From Mobula hypostoma (lineage: Eukaryota): DNA of 64,000 bases. The position numbers were made by a program, and so were the translations under genes. Location of the stretch: contig NC_086109.1 of NCBI RefSeq assembly GCF_963921235.1, positions 12,276,001 through 12,340,000 on the forward strand, given 5' to 3'. Under the pieces are notes generated by a model. It was not told the DNA's origin. It made no database searches and saw nothing but the letters and a program-made list of their open reading frames with translations. This document shows, piece after piece, positions 36,246 to 48,249 of the stretch (positions are counted from its first letter, which is position 1; each line of letters begins with the position of its first letter).

Positions 36246-36864
36246 ATCATAACATGGTAATAGAATTCTGAGCAGTTTATGATCATAAAAAGGTTAAGCT
36301 AAAGGTTAAAAGTGTTGTGAGTGGATTTCTATTAAACAAAGCCAGTATCTTGAAGCATGACAAGATTATTTTGTTTGATTTCACCTTCATTAAGTCAATG
36401 TTTTAATGACTGGAGATTAATTCTGTATAGAAGTTCCACAAAGCTTGAACAGTGACACTTAATCTTGGGGCAAAACTCCCTCACAGTCGGTGTAATCTGG
36501 GATCGTTCACTTTATCTCAAGGACGAGGCTGTGAGGATCTGATTGATCAAGTCTCTGTAAAAGCAAAAGTGAAGTTATCAGATTGTTCAACACCGGGAAC
36601 TATGCAGTACTGTATGATGCTGTGTGCCTGCGATGTTGTACTCAAGTGTTGTGTATGCAACAGCTTGAGCATTGGGAATAAATTGGTCACTGACTTTGAT
36701 TTACATTTCATGCAGGCATCGCACAACAGAATTCTGTGTGTAGCACAGTGTCCAATATATTTTCTTGTAGGGCACTGGAATTCATTCCACACATGGACAG
36801 AGCGTGAAAGCCTACTTACAGTATATCATCTTCATGGAACTTTAGTTTGACAAAAGGTTAAAAG

Positions 36865-38013
36865 TTCATATGTTTTCATTGACTACAGCTCTGCCTTTAA
36901 TACCTTCATTCTGAATAAACTGATTCCTAAGCTCCGGAACCTGGGATTTAGCACTCAGATCTGCAGCTGGATCTTCAACTTCCTCACAGACAGGACCCAG
37001 GCTGTAAAAATAGCGGACAAGCTCTCCTCTGCAATCATTCTGAGCACCGGTGCCCCACAAGGCTGCGTACTCAGCCCCTTGCTGTACTCACTGTACACCG
37101 AACTCAATATATAAGTTTCCTGATGACACCACAATTGTAGGCCGTATCTTGGGTAATGATGAGTTTGAGTACAGAGAGGAAATTAAGAACCTGGTGGCAT
37201 GGTGCAAAGACAATAACCTATCCCTCAACGTCAGCAAGATGAAGGAATTGGTTGTTGATTCAGAAGGGGTAGTGGACTGCACGACCCCATTTACATCAGT
37301 GGTGCGCAAGTGGAACAGGTCAAAAGCTTTAAGTTCCTTGGGGTCAATATTACAAATAACCTGACTTGGTCCAACCAAGCAGAGTCCACTGCCAAGAAGG
37401 CCCATCAGTGCCTTTACTTCCTGAGAAAACTAAAGAAATTTGGCCTGTCCCCTAAAACCCTCACTAATTTTTATAGATACACCATAGAAAGCATTCCTCT
37501 AGGGTGCATCACAACCTGGTATGGAAGTTGTCCTGTCCAAGACCGGAAGAAGCTGCAGAAGATCATGAACACAGCCCAGCACATCACACAAACCAATCTT
37601 CCGTCCTTGGACTCACTTTACATCGCACGCTGTAGGAGCAGTGCTGCCAGGATAATCAAGGACACGACCCACCCAGCCAACACACTTTCCGTCCCTCTTC
37701 CCTCCAGGAGAAGGCTCAGGAGTTTGAAGACTCGTACGGCCAGATTTGGGAACAACTTCTTTCCAACTATGATAAGACTGCTGAACGGATCCTGACCTGG
37801 ATCTGGGCCATACCCTCCAAATATCCAGACCTGCCTCTTGGTTTTGTTTGCACTATCTTACTTTCCCTTTTCTATTTTCTATTTATGATTTATAATTTAA
37901 ATTTTTAATATTTACTACCGATTTGTACACCAGGGAGCGCGAAGCGCAGAATCAAATATCGCTCTGATGATTGTGCGCTCTAGTATCAATTGTTTGGCGA
38001 CAATAAAGTAAAG
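36865..38013 (+). mobile_element. 5'-truncated Rex1/Babar LINE
   Basis: [28 protein letters not shown] and KKAHQCLYFLRKL. (aaagt)n tail. Confidence 0.93.
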
Positions 38014-38217
38014 TAATTTTCTATAGATTCTGCCTGGTCGGCTGAGTTCCACCAGCTTTTTGCCTGTGTTGCCATAATTTTTGGGAACTTGCTGCTGAGG
38101 AGGGAGCAAAGTTGGAAATAAGTGTGATGTAGAAGGGGCTTTTCAAGCAAACAGCATACATTCTTGGCTTCATTCTCTCTTCTCTTTGAACCTCGAAAGC
38201 TCACCTCTTCTGAATTC

Positions 38218-38749
38218 CTCAGACAGTTGAGGAAGTTTGGTGTGGGCCCTCAGACCCTAAGAAATTTCCATAGGGGCACAATTGGGAGCATCCTCTCTGG
38301 CTGTATCACTGCCTGGTATGGGAACTGTACCTCCCTTAGTCACAGGACTCTGCAGAGAGTGGTGTGGTCAGCCCAGCGCATCTGTAGTTGTGAACTTCCC
38401 ATGATTCAGGACACTTACAAGGACAGGTATGTAAAAAGGGCCTGTGGGATCATTTGGGATTCAAGCCATCCCAACCACAATCTATTCCAGCTGCTACCAT
38501 CTGGGAAGCTGTACTGCAGCATAACAGCCAGGACCAACAGGCTCTGGGACAGCTTCTTCAATCAGCCCATCAGACTGATGAACTCACGCTGAATTGAGTG
38601 TACTCTATGTTACATTGGCTGTTCTACTTATTATAAATTACTGTAAATTACTATGATTGCACATTGCACATTTAGTTGGAGATGTAACAAAGTTTTTTAC
38701 TCCTCATGTATATGAAGGATGTAAGAAAAAAAGTCAATTCAATTCAATT
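38218..38749 (+). mobile_element. Rex1-type 3' fragment
   Basis: TSD tgaattc (38211-38217 / 38750-38756). Empty site at about 7065. Confidence 0.92.
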
Positions 38750-39106
38750 TGAATTCTATTCTATCTGTCGGTGCAATTCAAGAGCTCTGAGGGGATTTCA
38801 GTTTGCTTCAGTTAGATGTGAGGGGAAACCTTCACAATGGGTAAAAGCCATGTCAGATCCTTTCTTAAACCAAATCAACTCCATTTGACAGTAAATAATC
38901 TGTGTGAGTAGACAACCCCTACAGTTAGTATTTCCCACAGAATAATAGAGCACAGTAAATGGACAGTTCACACTTGTCTAAGGAGAATACATTTCTATCT
39001 TTCCGACCTCACTCCCATGGTCTCTCTGACCTCTGAAACTACATAGCTTTGCTCACCTTCTCAGTAGCTAGCTTCCCGATATCTCTATTGGATCTTTCAA
39101 AGTTAC

Positions 39107-39753
39107 ACTGTGGTTAAGAAGGCATATGGTGCATTAGCCTTCATCAATCGTGGGATTGAGTTTAGGAGCCGAGAAGTAATGTTGCAGCTATACAGAACTC
39201 TGGTCAGACCCCACGTGGAGCACTGTGCTTAGTTCTGGTCACCTCACTTCAGGAAGGATGTGGAAACCATAGAAAGGGTGCCGAGGAGATTTACAAGGAT
39301 CTTGCCTGGATTGGGGAACATGCCTTATGAAAACAGGTTGAGTGAACTTGGCCTTTTCTCCTTCGAGAGATGGAGGATGAGAGGTGATCTGATAGAGGTG
39401 TATAAGATGATGAGAGGCATTGATCATGTGGGTAGTCAGAGGCTTTTTCCCAGGGCTGAAATGGCTAGCATGAGAGGGCACAGTTTTAAGGTGCTTGGAA
39501 GTAGGTACAGAAGAGATGTCAGGGGTAAGTTTTTTATGCAGAGAGTGGTGAGTGTGTGGAATGGGCTGCCAGCGACGGTGATGGAGGCAGATATGATAGA
39601 GTCTTTTAAGAGACTCTTCAATAGGTACATGGAGTTTAAGAAAATAGAGGGCTATGGGTAACATTAGGCAATTTCTAAGGTAAGGACATGTTTGGCACAG
39701 CTTTGTGGGCCGCAGGGCCTGTATTGTGCTGTTAATTTTCTATGTTTCTATGT
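39107..39753 (+). mobile_element. CR1 3' fragment
   Basis: ETIERVPRRFTRILPG and a ctatgttt tail. Absent from the paralog at about 7450. Confidence 0.92.
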
Positions 39754-40151
39754 TTCAAAGTATGATCTATCCAGATAAATGCTGTGCGATTCCCTGGGGC
39801 AGATGAAGTCTGAGGAGAGCTTCAGTACAAGGGATAACAATTCTCACATGTCACACATATTGTAGAAGTAATTCAGAATCAGAATCAGAATCAGGTTTAA
39901 TATCACCGGCATACTGTATGTCATGAAATTGAACTGTATTTGTACGAATCCTTGACTAACTAATCATTTCCATAGATGCTGCCTGACCTGCTGAGTTCCT
40001 CCAGCATCTTGTGTGTGTTGCTTTTGATTTCATTGTAGTGCGAGGGTTGAGGTGATCCAAGAATGTGGCTGATTTATATTTTCCTGAATTTGAGTTGCTG
40101 ACTTTGCAATTGTTTATAAACACTTATTTTCACATTGTATATACTGTAAAT

Positions 40152-42176
40152 TGTTGTTGTTCGTCCTTCGTAATCGAAGATGACCATGGCTTCAAAGTCA
40201 AATGGGAGATTGGTGGCTGTGGGTCCAGAGGTGACTGATGAGGCCAATCTGGGCCCTGAAGGCTCGCCCACATGTGGGACGCAAGTGGGTGGGTGCTTCG
40301 TGGCAGTGGATGCTGCTCGGGCCTTGCGCACAGCACGCTTTCGTTGCGCCTCGATGATGCGCCTGACTTCAGCTGCACGGGCTCCTGTGGTGATCTTGCT
40401 GCGCCAAGCTGGATGGTGGAGGGCAAGTGTCTCCCACGTGTTGATGTCGACACCCAGGCCTTTGCGGGACGCTTTCAGGCAGTCTTTGTAACGTTTCTTC
40501 TGCCCCCCGACCGAGCGCTTGCCCTGACACAGTTCTCAGTACAGCAGCTGCTTAGGCAATCGGCTGTCTGGCATTCTGACCACATGTCCAGCCCACCTGG
40601 CTTGGGCTTTCAGCAGGAGGGTGTAGACGCTGCAGAGCCCAGCTCGTTCCAGGATTTCCGTGTCGGGGACTTTGTCCTGCCACCTCATGTGGAGGAGTCT
40701 GCGGAGACAGCTCAGGTGAAAATGGTTGAGCTGTTTGGCGTGTCTGCTGTAGACAGTCCAGGTCTCGCTGACGTAAAGGAGGGTGGTAAGGACCACTGCA
40801 CAGTAGACCTTCAGCTTGGTGGTAAAGCTGAGTCCTCTCCGCTCCCAGACGTTCTCACGGAGTCTCCCAAAGGCGGCGCTGGCTTTGGCAATCCTGTTGT
40901 TGACCTCAGCATCTATGTTCACTGCACGAGAGAGTATGCTGCCCTGGTAGGTGAAGTTGTCGGCTGCCTGGAGGTTCTGGCCCTTCACCGTGATGCGCGG
41001 CTCCTGGTATGGCTTTCCTGGGGCAGGCTGGTACATAACTTCGGTCTTTTTGGTGCTGATAGTGAGACCGATGTTGTCGCAGGCTTGTGAGAAGCAGTCC
41101 ATTTCACGCTGCATCTCCTGCTCTGTGCTGGCACAGTCATCAGCAAACAACAAGTCTCTGATAACAGTCTCTCGCACCTTTGTAACTGCCTGCAAGCGTC
41201 TAAGGTTGAACAACCTGCCATCTGTCCTGTATCTGACATGGATTCCTTCTTCGTAGTTATGGAAGGCATCTGTCAGCATGGCAGAGAATACCATACTGAA
41301 CAGAGTCGGGGCAAGAAAGCAGCCTTGCTTGACGCCATTTGTCACTGGGAAGGCCTCCTACTCGTCACCGTCATCCAGAACTTTCACCATCATACCGTCG
41401 TGGAACTGCCGGACGATTGTGTTGAACTTGCTGGGGCAGCCAAACTTCTCCACGATCTTCCGCAAACCTTCTCTGCTGACCGTATCGAAAGCCTTGGTTA
41501 GATCGATAAAGGTCACGAAGAGGTCGCTGTGTTGCTCCTGGCATTTTTCCTGGAGTTGGCACGCGGCAAAAATCATGACATGAAGCGCTTCTACAATGCG
41601 CTTAAGGCTGTATACGGACCCCAGTCCTCCAGCTCCTCACCCCTCCTCAACGCAGATGACACGCAGCTGCTGACAGAGAAGAAGCAGATTCTGGATCGGT
41701 GGGCTGAGCACTTTAACAACGTCCTTAACCGCCCTGCCGACATCAATGACGAGGCCTTTGCCCGCCTGCCCCAGGTAGAGATCAACAAGAACCTCGACAC
41801 TTTCCCCACAGTAGATGAAGTCATGAAGACAGTGAAGCAACTCTCCTGTGGCAAAGCGCCAGGACCCGATGCAATCCTTGCTGAGGTATACAAAGCAGGA
41901 GGCCCTGTCATGATGCAAAAGCTGACTGTACTCTTCCAGTCCATGTGGAAAAAGGGACAGGTCCCGCAACAGCTGAAAGATGCCAGCATAGTCCACATCT
42001 ACAAGAGGAAAGGCAACCGCCAGTCTTGCGACAACCACCGAGGCATCTCCCTCTTGTCCATTGCGGGGAAGATTCTGGCTCGCGTCCTGCTCAACCGCCT
42101 TCTCCAACATCTTGAGCAAGGTCTGCTCCCAGAAAGCCAGTGCGGCTTCCGTGCTGAACGTGGGACCGCGGACATG
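40152..42176 (-). mobile_element. Young RTE (BovB-like) LINE with an inverted 5' segment
   Basis: Minus-strand RT from MIFAACQLQEK through LLFADD to a (caa)n tail. The upstream coding segment lies on the plus strand at about 41574-42178. TSD atactgtaaat. Confidence 0.95.
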
Positions 42177-42471
42177 ATACTGTAAATAGATAAATGACAA
42201 AATAATTCAGTATACACAGAGAGCTTTTGTTACTTCGGTTTTGTTACATTTATCTTAGAGGAAAACAGTGCGGTATATTAGTTGTAAATCTGCTTAAATT
42301 CTGTACATTGGACAGTATGAGTGCTGACTGTGTTGCATCAGTCACTGCTGTCATCTGTGTCATGTTCACCCTCATTGAAGGATGTGGTTAAAACTTTTGT
42401 CTTCTTTAATTCTCTTACCAAACAGAATCTAGAGAAGCACAAATGGATGCTGAACATTGAGAGATCGTTCC

Positions 42472-42564
42472 TGTCACTACATTCAGATATGGCCCATGTG
42501 AGGAGCCAGAGACACTGAAGCGGGTCGATAGTTCACAGACTTTAATGCGAACAGAGTTAGAGGA
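42472..42564 (-). mobile_element. Truncated paralog of the 8074-8496 solo LTR
   Basis: Same insertion site (gagagatcgttcc|tgtcact). Joined by a deletion to the terminal-exon module at 42565-42653. Confidence 0.8.
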
Positions 42565-44234
42565 ACCAACTTTTATTTGCATTGCTCATTCTCATTTAAG
42601 ACCTTTGTACAGTGTTGGAAATATTCACGCAGCGTCTCTTTCTCACTCTATTTCTGCAAAATGTGTTATCAAAAGCCAATAATCATGCACCTTACCAAAC
42701 TTGAAAAAAAATTATTATCAAAGTATGCCTGTATCACGATATACTATCCTGAGATACATTTTCCTACAGGCATTCCCAGCAGAGTAGAAAAATACAAATG
42801 TAAACAATCAAAACTACACACAAAGACTGACAAACTAACTATCTACAAAGGAAGGAAAATGGTGCAAATACACAAAAAAAGGTGTAAGTAAATAAATAAG
42901 CTTGAGACATTAGCTGTGGAGAGCTTTAATGTGAGCCCGTAAGATATGTTCAGTGAGCAGTTCAGTGTTGAGTAAACTAAAGTTACCCACACTGGTTCAG
43001 GAGCCTGACGACTAAACTTCCTGAACCTGGTGGTTTGGAGCCTAGGTCTCCTTTACTTCCTTCTTGATGGCAGCAGGTCTGGATGATGGGGGTCCTTGAT
43101 GACGGATCCTGCTTTCCTACAATGGTGGGATCTTAAAACGTTTTCCATCTGGTTATTGAGACTTAGGCTTTATAAGGCATTAGTCAGACCACACTTGGAA
43201 TATGGTGAACAATTTTGGGTCTCTTATCTATTAAAGGATTTGCTGTAATTGGAGAGGGTCCCAGGAGTGAAAGGGTAAAGGTATGAGGAGTGTTTGATGG
43301 CCTGGGCTTGTATTCACTGGAGTTTAGAAGAATCAGGAGAGTTGTAATTGAAACCGCTTCAATAGTAAAGGCCCAAAACCTGGATGGAGTGCAGACAGAA
43401 AGGATGTTTCCTATAGTGGGGCCAGTCCCAGAGCAGAGGGTCAATCTAAGAATAAAAGAACACCCCTTTAGAACAGAGATGAGGAGGGGTTTCTTTAGCC
43501 AGAGGATGCTGAATCTGTGGAATTAATTACCACAGATGACTGTAGAGGCCAGGTCATTGCGTATATCTAAAACGGAGTTTGATAGTTTTATGCTTAGTAA
43601 GGGTGTCAAAAGTTATGAGCTGAATATGGTTGAGGGTGATAATAAAACAGCCATTATAGAATGGCAGAGAAGACTGAATGGCCTAATTATATTCCTGTGT
43701 CGTTTTGTCTTATGGCCGGAAGAGATGGAGCAATGCAGGAAGAAAATGGAACGATTTGTTTACATAAGGCATCTATTGGTCCTTCCCTAAGTAAAGAGAA
43801 CACATGTTCCCAACATCTCCTTTGTGATTTGTTTTGGGATGTTTTTGGAAGGGAAAGAGTCCCTTTCAGAATCAGAATCAGATTACTTTCACCGTCTCCT
43901 AATGTGAAATTTGTTGCTTTGCAGCTCAGGATGAACATGTCGAGACTTCCAAGTCAGACTAGTGCATCTCGAATTATCTCCAGATAATCAACACCCATCA
44001 GGTAACGTTGACCTGAAGATGTGACAAGCTCCAAACAGAGTCTGGTGTTACTGCTTCAGATCCTCACAGAGCAGGTGCAAGATATTATGTCGTATTCCTC
44101 CTTGTCAGTGAGGCATTTCAAAGTTCAAAATTCAAATTAAGTTGATTATCAAAGTACAGTACATACATGTCACCATAAACTACACTGAAAATAATGACAA
44201 TAATGCGGTTCACCTTCTCTCATTTTCAAGACCC

Positions 44235-44454
44235 TTTATTGTACATTCGTGGGTTACAGTCATAGATCAGTACTGAGATAAGTCACACCTTCCATTTGCA
44301 GATTCACACCCTGATGACCAATGCAAGCTGCTATAATTTGCAGCTCACACATTTTATTCAGCACCCAACTTTTATTTCCATTGCTTGTTCTCCTTTAAGA
44401 CCTTTGTACAGTGACTGGCAAATTTCATGCTTATGTCCCTTTCTCACTACAATT
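44235..44454 (-). pseudogene. Candidate terminal exon, copy 5
   Basis: Acceptor cattttgtag. Phase-2 reading IVVRKGHKHEICQSLYKGLKGEQAMEIKVGC*. AATAAA at 44235-44240. Confidence 0.4.
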
Positions 44455-44699
44455 CTACAAAATGTGTGACAAAAGGTCAGTAATCATGCACCTTATCAAA
44501 ATGCACATAGTAAATTTATTATCAAAGTATGTTAATTCCACCAGATCTACCCTCCCTTGACATTTATTTTCTTGCAGACATTCATAGTAGGACAAAGAAA
44601 TGCAACAGAATCAATGAAACAGGACATACAAATATGGATTAACAAACAATGTGCAAAGGAAGAGAAACTCTGCAAATACAATAAATAAATAAGTATATA

Positions 44700-46085
44700 A
44701 AAGACTATAAGACCATAAGACATAGGAGCAGAATTAGGCCATTCAGCCCATCAAGTCTGCTCCACCATTCCGTAATGGCTGATCCTGGAACTCACTCAAG
44801 CCCACACACCTGCCTTCTCGCCATATCCTTTGATGCCCTGACCGATCAGCGAATGATCAACTTCTGCCTTAAATTAACCATGGGCTTGCCTCCACCACAG
44901 TCTGTAGCAGAGCATTCCACACATTTACTGCTCTCTGGCTATAAAAAAAAATCTTCCTTACCTCTGCTTTAAAGGGTCACCCCTGAATTTTGAGGCTGTG
45001 CCCTCTAGTTCTGGATACCACCCCTCCCACAGGGAACATCCTCTCCTCATCCACCCTCTCTGGTCCTTTCAGCATTCAATTGGTTTCAATGCGATCCTCA
45101 TGCATTCCTCCAAATTCCAGTGAGTACAAGCCCAAAGTAGCCAGCACTTCTCATATGTTAACCCCTTCATTCCTGTATTCATCCTTGTGAACCTCCTCTA
45201 GATTCTCTTCAATGATAACACATCCTTTCTGAGACATGGAGCCCAAACTGGGGCCCACAATGCCTCAATTGCGGCCTGGCTGACGTCTTCTTAAGGCTTA
45301 GCATTATCTCTTTGCTTTTATATTCTAATCCCCTTTATATAAATGCCAACACTGCATTTGCCTTCTTTACCACAAACTCAACCTGTAAATTAACCTTCTG
45401 GGAGTCTTTCATGAGGATTCCATAGTCCCTCTGATGTTTGAACCTTCTCCCCATTTGGATAATAGTCCACCCTATTGTTCCTTTTACCAAAATGCGTTGT
45501 CATACATTTCCCAACAGTGTATTCCATCTGTCACTGTTTTGCCCATTCTTCCAATTTGTCTAAGTCCTGCTGCAATTGCACTGCTTCCTCAGCACGACCT
45601 TCCCCTCCACCTGTCTTCATATCATCTGCATACTTTGCCGCAATGCCATCGATTCCATTATCTAAATCATTGATGAACAATGTGAAAAGCCATGGTCCCA
45701 GTACTGACCCCTGAGGAACACCACTAGTCACCGGCAGCCAACCAAAACAGGCCTCTTTTATTCCCACTTGCTGCCTCTTGCCCATCAGCCATTCTGCTAT
45801 CCCTGCCAGTATCCTTCCTGTAACACATAGGATTTTACCTTGTTAAGAAGCCTCAACAAACACCTTCTGAAAATCCAAGTAAATGATATCCGCTGCCTCT
45901 CCTTTGCTCACCCTGCATTTTACTTCCTCGAAGAACTCTAGCAGATTTGTCAGGCAAGATTTCCCTTCACAGAAACCATGCTGACTTTGACTTATTTTAT
46001 CATTAGTCTATAAATACATCAAAACTTCATCCTTAATAATGGACTCCAACACTTTCCCAACCACTGAAGTTAGGTTAATTGGCCA
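44700..46085 (-). mobile_element. CR1 LINE (degenerate), same family as 16575-17805
   Basis: GVPQGSVLGPWLF..KYADDMK and (tcttatgg)n tail. Confidence 0.9.
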
Positions 46086-46792
46086 GATATTATACTGAGA
46101 ACAGGAGTTGTAGAGTCCTTGAAGGTGAATTCATTGGTTGTGTTCAGTGACCATTTCAGTGTTGGGGTGCCTGAGGTTATCCACCCAGGTTCAGGAGCCT
46201 GATGGCTGCACTGTTCCTGAACCTGATGGTTTGGGACCTGAGGCTCCAGTATCTCCTTCCTGATGGCAGCAGCGAGAAGAGAGAATGTTTGAAAGACATG
46301 GGTCCTTGATGATGGATTCTGCTTTCTTATGGCAGCACTCCTTTGTAGATGTGCTCATTGGTGGGCTGGGCTTTACCTAGCAACTGATCAAATCAGTCTA
46401 TACGGATCATCCCTGAGTAATGAATGGGCCTGTCTTTACAGATTCCATTTTAAAATTTTTGAAGTACTTAGACACTTGTATCTCACTGATCTATTATTGT
46501 TGGATTATTAGTTTTAGTCTGATTGTAAACCTCTGACAGATTGACATTTCATACAGTTCAGAGGTAGGAAAATGTGCGGAGCCTCCCACTGGAAATCGGT
46601 GTCCCGTCAGTGGCAGACACCCAACACTGGGTAAGAGCAACATGAATGGGATCTTCTGAACCCTGCTGTCTTCCCACAGGACTCTGCACTGCAACAGAAC
46701 CTCAGAATATCAGTGCTGTCCCGAGCTCCCACACTGAAAATATGGATCAGATATTTCAAAGGAGACATGAAGTCAATCAATGAGAAACTTAT

Positions 46793-47093
46793 TGTCAGAT
46801 ATTTATAGAGGCACATCAAAATCTGGGTAATTGGCAGATGTTGTAATTCCACATGTGTAAAGTCCTATATCTTGAAAGACAAAATTCTCTGTAGTCACAC
46901 TAAATATTCCCTGGGTTGTGATATCTCTGATTGTCATTCTTCCATACTGCTCATTTTGCCCATTTGTATTCACTAACAATGTGCATTGGTAACTTTGGAT
47001 CTGAGTCATACAGTGGTGCATAGAGAAAATTGATTGTGATTGCTCTTCCCACAAATCCTTTTACATGTTGTTCTGCCCATGAAGCACCTGAAA
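46793..47093 (-). pseudogene. CD300/pIgR-like V pseudo-exon (V3), closest to V1
   Basis: VSGASWAEQHVKGFVGRAITINFLY: first Cys>Phe. 20-nt deletion removes the KY(W/L)C region (frameshift). In-frame TAA near the end. Donor GT>AT. Flanking introns are homologous to those of V1 (5') and V2 (3'). Confidence 0.93.
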
Positions 47094-47286
47094 CTGAAGG
47101 AGACGTTCTTCAGAAAATAGACAGCTAAAATGAAATTTCATGAAGCAGATTCAAAATTGTTTAATGTCATTTCCTACACACAAGTGTAAAGGAGAACAAA
47201 ATAATTGGTACTCTGGATCCAGTGCAACACAAAATTACAGAAAAGATAAAGAACACAATAATAACAAAAAATATGTTCTATTGAGT

Positions 47287-47324
47287 TAGTCCTGACGAAG
47301 GGTCTCGGCCTGAAACGTCGACTG
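47287..47324 (+). ncRNA. Minimal type I hammerhead ribozyme within a PLE-derived insertion (47283-47383)
   Basis: AGTC-CTGACGA-AGG gtctcgg CCT-GAAAC-GTC|GACT with intact core. TSD tgttctatt (47274-47282 / 47384-47392). Empty site in the V1 intron at about 350. Confidence 0.8.
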
Positions 47325-47515
47325 TGCCTCTTCCTATAGATGCTGCTTGGCCTGCTGCGTTCACCAGCAACTTTGATGTGTGTTGTTCTATTTAAAGCTG
47401 TTGTTGTGAACTGAGGAAACTGCCCACACTGTCAATTGGTATAATTGAATTCCACACAGACAGAGAAGACAACAGCATTGTCCCTTCTCACATCCTCACA
47501 GCTCTTCGCAAGTAG

Positions 47516-48244
47516 AGCATAGAACATAGAACAGTACAGCACAGTACAGACCCTTCGGCCCACAACATTGTGCCGACCCTCAAACCCTGCCTCTCATATA
47601 ACACCCCCCCCGCAGCTTAAATTCCTCCATATACACCTGTGGTGAAGCCAGGTTAATCTGACCCATGCTTTTCATTATTGTGGTCCAACACCACTTGGTT
47701 CAACGAACCAGGTGTGCACTGGGACTACTACTTGTCTAGCAGTCTCTTAAATTTCACTAGTGTATCTGCCTCCTCCACTGACTCAGGCAGTGCATTCCAC
47801 GCACCAACCACTCTCTGAGTAAAAAACCTTCCACTAATGTCCCCCTTGAACTTCCCACCCCTTACTTTAAAGCCATGTCCTCTTGTATTGGGCAGTGGTG
47901 CCCTGGGGAAGAGGCGCTGGCTATCCACTCTATCTATTCCTCTTAATATCTTGTATACCTCTATCATGTCTCCTCTCATCCTCCTTCTCTCCAAAGAGTA
48001 AAACCCTAGCTCCCTTAATCTCTGATCATAATGCATACTCTCTAAATCAGACAGCATCCTGGTAAATCTCCTCTGTACCCTTTCCAATGCTTCCACATCC
48101 TTTCTATAGTGAGGCAACCAGAACTGGACACAGTACTCCAAGTGTGGCCTAACCAGAGTTTTATAAAGCTACATCATTACCTCATGACTCTTAAACCCTA
48201 TCCCTTGACTTATGAAAGCTAACACCCCATAAGCTTTCTTAACT
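47516..48244 (-). mobile_element. Young CR1 3' fragment; near-identical family member at 63537-64000
   Basis: LEYCVQFWLPHYRKDVEALERVQRRF..SMHYDQRLRELG and (ttctatg)n tail. Confidence 0.95.
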
Positions 48245-48249
48245 ACACT

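Noticed and set aside
36547-36792. Cys/His-rich ORF (HCATHRILLCDACMKC) suggesting a B-box
   Set aside because: The spacing does not fit a B-box, there are no RING or coiled-coil exons nearby, and there are no convincing splice sites.
40272-41090. 272-aa plus-strand ORF and other overlapping ORFs at 40-42 kb
   Set aside because: Antisense shadows of the GC-rich RTE coding sequence.
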